Part shown: positions 56,771-64,000 of the stretch, in pieces
Position numbering within the stretch: the stretch's first letter is position 1
How the letters are laid out: the number at the start of each line of letters is the position of its first letter
Origin: Thraustochytrium aureum
Lineage: Eukaryota
Direction of reading: 5' to 3'
Assembly (NCBI GenBank): GCA_012862495.1
Contig: BLSG01000089.1
Location: forward strand, 69,560 to 133,559
Length of the DNA stretch: 64,000 nucleotides
Notes under the pieces: model-generated
Seen by the model: the letters and a program-made list of their open reading frames with translations, nothing else
Told to the model about the DNA's origin: nothing
Databases searched by the model: none
Made by a program: the position numbers and the translations under genes

Positions 56771-58224
56771 CTAGTACGAAATCAGCTCAAAGCTGCCCGG
56801 GTCGTCCAGCAACGCTCGCAAAAGCATGTTGGTTGTCGAGTGCCCCGGGCGGCTCGCCTCGAACCTGGCGTCCAGCACGCCCCACTGGCTAAAGCAGAGC
56901 GAGAGGTCCCCAAGGCAATCAAGCGCCTTGTGCCGCGCCCACTCGTCCTCGAATCGCAGCCCGCCGGGGTTGAGCGCGTTCGGCGTCCCGTCGCCGCGAA
57001 AGACGACGCAGTTGGCCAGCGTGCCGCCAAGGCCCAAGCCAGAAGCGCGCAAGCGCGCCACGTCCTCCTCAAAGGCAAAGGTCCGCGCGCTCGCAATCTC
57101 GTCCAAAAACCACCGGCACGGACTGTCGGCGTACCTGTGCACCCACTGGATGGGCTCAGGCGCGGCAAGCGGCCCCCNNNNNNNNNNNNNNNNNNNNNNN
57201 NNNNNNNNNNNNNNNNNNNNNNNNNNNNNNNNNNNNNNNNNNNNNNNNNNNNNNNNNNNNNNNNNNNNNNNNNNNNNNNNNNNNNNNNNNNNNNNNNNNN
57301 NNNNNNNNNNNNNNNNNNNNNNNNNNNNNNNNNNNNNNNNNNNNNNNNNNNNNNNNNNNNNNNNNNNNNNNNNNNNNNNNNNNNNNNNNNNNNNNNNNNN
57401 NNNNNNNNNNNNNNNNNNNNNNNNNNNNNNNNNNNNNNNNNNNNNNNNNNNNNNNNNNNNNNNNNNNNNNNNNNNNNNNNNNNNNNNNNNNNNNNNNNNN
57501 NNNNNNNNNNNNNNNNNNNNNNNNNNNNNNNNNNNNNNNNNNNNNNNNNNNNNNNNNNNNNNNNNNNNNNNNNNNNNNNNNNNNNNNNNNNNNNNNNNNN
57601 NNNNNNNNNNNNNNNNNNNNNNNNNNNNNNNNNNNNNNNNNNNNNNNNNNNNNNNNNNNNNNNNNNNNNNNNNNNNNNNNNNNNNNNNNNNNNNNNNNNN
57701 NNNNNNNNNNNNNNNNNNNNNNNNNNNNNNNNNNNNNNNNNNNNNNNNNNNNNNNNNNNNNNNNNNNNNNNNNNNNNNNNNNNNNNNNNNNNNNNNNNNN
57801 NNNNNNNNNNNNNNNNNNNNNNNNNNNNNNNNNNNNNNNNNNNNNNNNNNNNNNNNNNNNNNNNNNNNNNNNNNNNNNNNNNNNNNNNNNNNNNNNNNNN
57901 NNNNNNNNNNNNNNNNNNNNNNNNNNNNNNNNNNNNNNNNNNNNNNNNNNNNNNNNNNNNNNNNNNNNNNNNNNNNNNNNNNNNNNNNNNNNNNNNNNNN
58001 NNNNNNNNNNNNNNNNNNNNNNNNNNNNNNNNNNNNNNNNNNNNNNNNNNNNNNNNNNNNNNNNNNNNNNNNNNNNNNNNNNNNNNNNNNNNNNNNNNNN
58101 NNNNNNNNNNNNNNNNNNNNNNNNNNNNGCCCAGCGTGCGGCACGCAGCTCCGCGTGCGAGGGCGGCAGTCGGCGCGCCGTGGCCAAGCGCCCATCTCGC
58201 CCAGGTCAGCCCGCGGAGCGCCAT
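56771..58224 (-). CDS. lpxC: UDP-3-O-acyl-N-acetylglucosamine deacetylase LpxC; middle in gap 57178-58128; putative presequence at 58224
   Basis: FLDEIASARTFAF...GLGLGGTLANCVV...LRFEDEWARHKALDCLGDL...RPGHSTTNMLLRAL is the LpxC C-terminal half with the HKxLD zinc motif and catalytic His; start inferred across the gap. Confidence 0.9.
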
Positions 58225-58650
58225 TCCGCCTTCCGCGCCGCGCAGCGACCAAAAAACGCAGGGAAGCGACAGCAACCGGAGGGAAAAAACNCGCGCAGCG
58301 CGAGGGCACCAACGGCGCAGACCCAACGCAGTCCCGCTGCGCTCCCCGCCCGCGCCGCGCTCTGCTCCGCTGCCTGCACGTCGTCGCCAGGAGCCACGGA
58401 AGCTCAGGTCAAGGGAATTCAAGACTAAAACGCGCCCAAGGTTATACGCAGTATTGAATTGCAAGACTACCTGGCCAGTCAAGAATTGCCAGTTGGATAC
58501 GATGTTTCAATACCATGTATTGATTGAACTGTGTGTATTTAAATTGAATGTCAAGAGTTGAATAGGTGTGGGTGGCGTTTCAAGAGCTGAGGTGCCAAGA
58601 GTGTTCAATTGAAAAATCAAGCATGGGGCAGGTAGGCGTTGACCGCGCAC

Positions 58651-58861
58651 GGCGATGTTCGAGTTGGCGGACTTGGCGATGTTCGGGTTGGCGGACACGG
58701 CGATGTTCGAGTTGGCGGACTTGGCGATGTTCGAGTTGGCGGACTTGGCGATGTTCGAGTTGGCGGTCGTGGCGATGTTCGGGTTGGCGGACACGGCGAT
58801 GTTCGGGTTGGCGGTCGTGGCGATGTTCGGTTGGCGGTCGTGGCGATGTTCGAGTTGGCGG
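58651..58861. repeat. 24-bp minisatellite (GGCGATGTTCG(A/G)GTTGGCGG+4 nt), about 9 copies
   Basis: Directly visible; reads ANSNIAKS-type octapeptides on the minus strand. Confidence 0.95.
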
Positions 58862-59296
58862 AATTGGCGTCGACGAGGACGGCGGCGTGGGCTGGCTGCT
58901 GCTGGCTGGGCGTGCTTGCGTGGATGGTTGCTTGCGTTGGTTGAACGTGCTGATGATTTATGCTTCGTTGATCGTGGCGACGACTTGGTTCATGCGCTGG
59001 TTTCCACTCGTCCTCGCGCCGACCTGGAGAGGCTCGCAGTGGGTGGACGCGCTGGCGTCGAGCTCGAAATTTCAACCTCCTTGCTTTAGTGTATTGGACG
59101 GTGCCCGACGCTGCGGTTTTGGTGCTGAGGTTGGTTGCTGAGAGCATGCATGCACATGCTTGATGTGAATTCTTATTCGACAGCAAGAGCGGTTTGGGTT
59201 TTACTGGCGCGCGCGCACGTAGACGCGCTCTATTAGAGCTAGAGTACCGAGCTGCCGGCGAAGCGCGCGCAGCGGTCTTTGGATGAAACACGCGTT

Positions 59297-59662
59297 TCAC
59301 ACGAGCATCTGAGGATTGCGAGGGTCGCTGACGAACAGCGGTGTCTTGTCTGTTGTGGGACTCGTCAGCTTGCGGCGCCACAAGTGGACAAGAAAAATGC
59401 CGTATCCCACCACGCCAAAGAGTAGCGACATGAAAAGCCCGAATAGAGCGCCACAAACCGTCAGAACGCGATCGTGTCGGCGAATGCGCTGCTCCTCTGG
59501 TGGCAAATGGCAGCAGAGGCAGGCCACGGTCAACAAGTACATCGCTAGCCCTGCTACCGTGTTGAAACAAAGCAAAGCCGCAACGAAGCAATACGGCTGC
59601 TCCAGATCCAGATCTAGTAGCTCCAGGAGCGGGTTCAGGTCCCTGCATACGGTCTCCTCCAT
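59297..59662 (-). CDS. Small hypothetical protein with two transmembrane segments
   Basis: ATG-to-stop ORF with two clear hydrophobic helices; no family recognised. Confidence 0.5.
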   Translation of the reverse strand: MEETVCRDLNPLLELLDLDLEQPYCFVAALLCFNTVAGLAMYLLTVACLCCHLPPEEQRIRRHDRVLTVCGALFGLFMSLLFGVVGYGIFLVHLWRRKLTSPTTDKTPLFVSDPRNPQMLV

Positions 59663-61393
59663 GGTCGTCGGCGCCTCGACCGACGACGGGCCTCGTTCGC
59701 TACCGCTCACTGGCGTTTGCGCGGCCAGATGTGCTCAAGCTGGGATCAAGACGGCCAGCTCGCCAGTAAGCCAGCTTGCCTGCGTGCCAGCTTGCGTGCC
59801 TGCCTGCCTGCTGCCTGCTTGCCCAGCGAAAAGGGACTGGCCCCGACCGCGCGCCCTCCACGCCCAGGGAGCCAACCCACGCAAATTTTCCGGGGAGCAA
59901 AGCGGTCGACTTGTGCGCGCCAATCCGCTTGAGCGCGGGTGGTGCCGGCTGCGATTGCCGCACTATTCCCGACAACGTCGCTCAATTACAAGTCAGGGCA
60001 AGGGCCCGCCTGCCAATCTGCTCTGGTCCTCAGAGTCAAACCGACCGAGACTCTGGAGCCTTGGCCGTCCCGCACCAAACTGTTCTTCGTTATTGTACGG
60101 AAGCAACGTGTAGTCAAGCAAGAAGAATCGTCCAAGTCGGCCAGAAAGACGTCGTTCAAAACGAAATGCATACATTGAACGGTGCCACAAACGGCCTGCT
60201 AGTCTCGCCTTGACGACTCGGCCCGCAAAGTCTCCGCGACCACATCTGGAATTGTAAAGTCCCACAAGGCGAGTGACCAGTATTCCCGCAACCGGGTCGT
60301 TTTGGGAGTCGGGAGTGGTCCAGTGGACCAGCCAGCCAGCCTACTCGGCCTGCATCGTCTGTCACGCAGGCTTGCTCACCCTGGCACGGCGACTCTGCTC
60401 TCACAGGGTTCTCCACGCGCATCTTTTGAAAGCAAGAGGGTAGAACCTTGCGGCGGACCCGTCCCGGATGCCCAGCGAGCAGCTAGATCGCCGTACGGGC
60501 AACGGGAGGCGGCAAGTTGGCCGTCGCTTCGTGCAGCTTCCCGCAGTCCTTGCAGCCATGGGGCCTCCCTCTAGGGAAGCCCACTTCTTCACGCTAGGGC
60601 CGTGCGGGCGTCCATCTGCGGCCGTGCGCTGCGCTATGCCCCAGGACGGCTTGGAGCGCTCTGACCCACCAGAGCGAGTCAGCGGCTCATGGATCGACAC
60701 CTCCCGAGACATCGAAATCATCTTGCACGATCAATCCTCTACTTACCCACCGTGGGCGACCGGAAGAGTGCGGCCTGGCAGCAACCAGGTGGGATGGACG
60801 ATGATGAGTCCGTTGTATCCGGTTCGGTCGGACGCAACTGATTGACGCGCTCTCCTTCTTGGTCTTGAAAGAAAAGCGAAAGTCTGCCCATCGCACAAGG
60901 TCCAGGGCGCGCAGAAAGGCTCAAGCATGCCGCAGAAGGACACAGCAGGACTGCAGACACTCTGGCCAGCAGTCTCAGGCAGCGGGGAAATGGTCTCGTT
61001 CGTGCAGCATGAACTGCAGGCTCGAGCCCGCCAATTTGCACCAAAAATGCCACGGACGCCGCCCGTCGGTTGATCGCAACAACGTGCCAGAGAGCTGCGA
61101 GGGGCGACTACAAAAAAGGGCGACCGAGCCTTGCTACAGCGCCGCGTGGCCGAGGAGCTGCCTCGTGACACTACTCACCGCCAACGTCGGCCAAGCAGAG
61201 CAGCAAAGCGCTCGAAGAAGCGACGCGCCTCGGTCCAGCTTGATCAGCCGCGCAGCAAGGCGGGAAGATGCCTCGGCGGTGGCCTGCACCGCCGCTAGCC
61301 CCACTTGTGGAAGGGCTTTGCGTTCGATAAGGGGGAGTGATACAAGCAGCTGAGTTCGTGAAAAATTGTCGTTTCAGGATTGGCTACCAAGAG

Positions 61394-62800
61394 CTAGAAG
61401 GACGCTTGTGTTCCGCAAATGTTGTACTCGTGGAAGAAAGGACGTCCCGGAATCATCCTGACCAGCCCCGCAGCAAGGCCAGCCAGCTCCTCGCCGCGCT
61501 CGGAAGGCAGGCACAGAATATTGAAAGCATGCACATTGCGCGGAAACAGCTCACGAGTCTCACCTCGCCAGTTCGTGCGCTGAAGGTATGGCGAGCAAAC
61601 CCAGTACACATCATACTTGTGAGCAACGACCAAATCGAAAAGGCGGATCGACCGGTCTAGCTCGCTGTTCTCGAGAAACAGGATCGGTCGACAAAGCGAG
61701 ATCACCCGCGCAGCACCAAGCACCACCTCGCTTTCCATTTTCTCGACGTCAGCCTTGATAAAGGCTGGGCAGTCTGATTCTTTGACGAAAAAGGCGTCGA
61801 GTGTCGTCGTTTGCACTTGATACGGGGGCAGCACAACCTGTCCTTCGGTAGGCTTTGGAAGATTCAGAAGTGACACGGCCCCAAAATTGCCGCCCGCGGC
61901 ATAGCTGATGCGGGGCATTTCGAACGAGCCCGAAACGTTGGAGACAGCCACCGGGTAGGAAAACACGTTCTGCAGCTCGTTGAGCGCGACGTTGGCAGAT
62001 AGCGTTTGGAACAAAAACATTTGTGGCTCGAACGCGTAAACGATCCCTTCTGGGCCAACCGCACGCGCGAGCGGTACCGCAAAGGCCCCGATATTACCTC
62101 CAACGTCCACGACGATATCGCCGGGTTTCACTGCGCGAAGAAATAGCTCAAGCTCGTCCTCGCACCACTGACCATAATACAGGAGCGAGCGCGAGACGAA
62201 CGTGTCTTGCGTGTTGACCAGGAACTTGCCATGTTTGGCCTCGACGAGAATAAGGTTATCCCCTGAGAACGCCAAGACGTCGCGCTTCCTCAACCCATGG
62301 TCTACCGATCTGCGCGGCGCGATCTTGTGCCATGTGCTCCCGCCTAGCCACGAAATCTTGGAGCACGTCGGATCCAGTACGCCTCGCGCGACTTTGTCGC
62401 CTCCAAGCTTCGCCGCTTCCAGGAAAGCCATGTCGAAAACATCGGCCTCAACGCTCCCGTCCCCTCCACGAGTAACTCTCACCACGCCGCCAAGCCCGTT
62501 CCCCGACCGCGTCGCCTGAAGTTTGACCAAGCCATTTGCCGGACACACCCTTCCCGTCCCCCTGTCCTCGCAATTCACTCTGAACACTAGCACAAGCTCA
62601 ACGGGATTCTGCACGTCACGATCAACCTCCACAAGCACGCCCGCTCCGTCTTCTTGCATGCTCCACCGTCCATCGACATCGAGCGCGGCGAGGTCTGGGT
62701 CTGCCACAGCCTCGATGTCGGGAACAACCTGGGCCAGCAACAGCGCCCATACCCATGCCACCGTCAGCACCGTCCTTGTCCTCATTCCTCCCAGGCTCAT
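61394..62800 (-). CDS. FkbM-family SAM-dependent methyltransferase with signal peptide and N-terminal extension
   Basis: HGKFLVN..D.FVSRSLLYYGQW, VVDVGGNIGAF, VYAFEPQ, LSANVALN, GNFGAVSL, FIKADVEKME, RPILFLEN. Confidence 0.9.
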   Translation of the reverse strand: MSLGGMRTRTVLTVAWVWALLLAQVVPDIEAVADPDLAALDVDGRWSMQEDGAGVLVEVDRDVQNPVELVLVFRVNCEDRGTGRVCPANGLVKLQATRSGNGLGGVVRVTRGGDGSVEADVFDMAFLEAAKLGGDKVARGVLDPTCSKISWLGGSTWHKIAPRRSVDHGLRKRDVLAFSGDNLILVEAKHGKFLVNTQDTFVSRSLLYYGQWCEDELELFLRAVKPGDIVVDVGGNIGAFAVPLARAVGPEGIVYAFEPQMFLFQTLSANVALNELQNVFSYPVAVSNVSGSFEMPRISYAAGGNFGAVSLLNLPKPTEGQVVLPPYQVQTTTLDAFFVKESDCPAFIKADVEKMESEVVLGAARVISLCRPILFLENSELDRSIRLFDLVVAHKYDVYWVCSPYLQRTNWRGETRELFPRNVHAFNILCLPSERGEELAGLAAGLVRMIPGRPFFHEYNICGTQASF

Positions 62801-63414
62801 CCCCGCCACGAGTCGGGCCGAGCAGGCAAGTGCCGAGCACAGCAAACCGCTCGATCAACCTTCTGACCAGCCGCTCAGTCGGTCAATTGGTTGTTGAATC
62901 GATGCGATGCAGATCTATCCTCCCCAGCCCATCCGAATGTAGCACGTCGAGCACTGTNNNNNNNNNNNNNNNNNNNNNNNNNNNNNNNNNNNNNNNNNNN
63001 NNNNNNNNNNNNNNNNNNNNNNNNNNNNNNNNNNNNNNNNNNNNNNNNNNNNNNNNNNNNNNNNNNNNNNNNNNNNNNNNNNNNNNNNNNNNNNNNNNNN
63101 NNNNNNNNNNNNNNNNNNNNNNNNNNNNNNNNNNNNNNNNNNNNNNNNNNNNNNNNNNNNNNNNNNNNNNNNNNNNNNNNNNNNNNNNNNNNNNNNNNNN
63201 NNNNNNNNNNNNNNNNNNNNNCACTGTACTAGGCCAACACCGTCGCGATCAAGTCCTGCAACCAACGCGATGGCTAGCGATGATGAGAAGGCCCGCTGCC
63301 AGTGCCTGCCCGCCGCCACGGCACGCTCAGCGCCAAACGAGTTGCCTCCCAGGCCGCCGGAGCCTGCAGACCGCAAAGCCGCGCCAGTCAGCAGAGCCCG
63401 GCACCGTTTCGCGT

Positions 63415-63530
63415 TACGTTGGCGTTGCCTTGGCGTTGGCGTTGCCTTGGCGTTGCCTTGGCGTTGCCTTGGCCTTGGCGTTGCCTTGGCGTTGGCGTTG
63501 CCTTGGCGTTGGCGTTGCCTTGGCGTTGGT
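63415..63530. repeat. Degenerate GGCGTT/GCCTT low-complexity tandem repeat
   Basis: Directly visible. Confidence 0.9.
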
Positions 63531-64000
63531 CACGGTGCTGCTCTTGATCAAGTTGTTGGTGTTGGTGTCGGGGTCTGAATGATTCTGCCGCGCGCAGCCA
63601 TCGGAAAGATACAACTCGTCAAAGTTGAAGTCAACTCTTTCTTGATCTTTCGCACCAATCAAGAAATCAAGAAATCTTGAAGAGAATCTCTTTTTTGTTC
63701 TTGATCTCTCTTGAACTTTGATCTTGACCTCGAAGGCATCGAAGCGCACGGCGGACACAGAGAACGAAGCCTTCTTCGTTCGTTTGGCGCGAGCTGCGGC
63801 GGCAGAGGCGGCGGCAGAGCAGCAGCAGACGCGCAACGCGACGCGCGCTGAGCGGCGCCGTGCGCGAGGGGCCGCGCGGCGCGATCGCCATCAGTGCCGC
63901 GCTCGGGCTGCGTCGCTGTTCGGCCGCTGCTTTCGTGGCGTTTGGGGTGGGTTTTGGCTGCGCGCTGGCGCGATGGACTTCGAGGCGCTCCTGGCGGAGC

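Noticed and set aside
28661..58224. AGPS, WS/DGAT and LpxC as a lipid gene cluster
   Set aside because: They belong to different pathways and compartments and are separated by many unrelated housekeeping genes.
58651..58861. 24-bp repeats as a CRISPR array
   Set aside because: The variable part is only about 4 nt, so this is a simple minisatellite.
60100..60220. Possible LTR reverse transcriptase relic (KTSFKT...GLLVSP)
   Set aside because: The resemblance is short, needs frameshifts and has no YxDD in the proper place, so it cannot be supported without a profile search.

Overview
This is a gene-dense, GC-rich (roughly 60-65% by eye) eukaryotic nuclear scaffold with many N gaps and few, short GT-AG introns carrying CTRAC branch sites. 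A Sig1/Ocm1-type mastigoneme protein points to a flagellated stramenopile. The intron-poor layout and a bacterial-type WS/DGAT suggest a thraustochytrid/labyrinthulomycete (inference). Recognisable genes: FHA protein, RNA Pol III subunit RPC3, mastigoneme protein, divergent protein kinase, RPL15, TTC12-like TPR/ARM protein, LRR protein, gamma-secretase APH-1, coiled-coil protein, alkyl-DHAP synthase (ends in PTS1-like SKI), a CYTH-like two-domain protein, SLC26/SulP-STAS-cNMP transporter, Tim44/MAIP1-like mitochondrial protein, TTL-like ligase, EF-hand-CorA Mg transporter, ArfGAP2/3, TauE-like transporter, WS/DGAT, CDC27, a 48-aa two-exon TOM5-like gene missed by the ORF track, LpxC with a putative mitochondrial presequence, and an FkbM methyltransferase. 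There are also several tandem repeats and two pairs of dispersed inverted repeats. Recurrent 1-nt frameshifts at short homopolymers look like sequencing error. I see no convincing multi-gene novel system. The best leads are the eukaryotic LpxC, the hidden TOM5, the PTS1-type AGPS and the unusual domain fusions.
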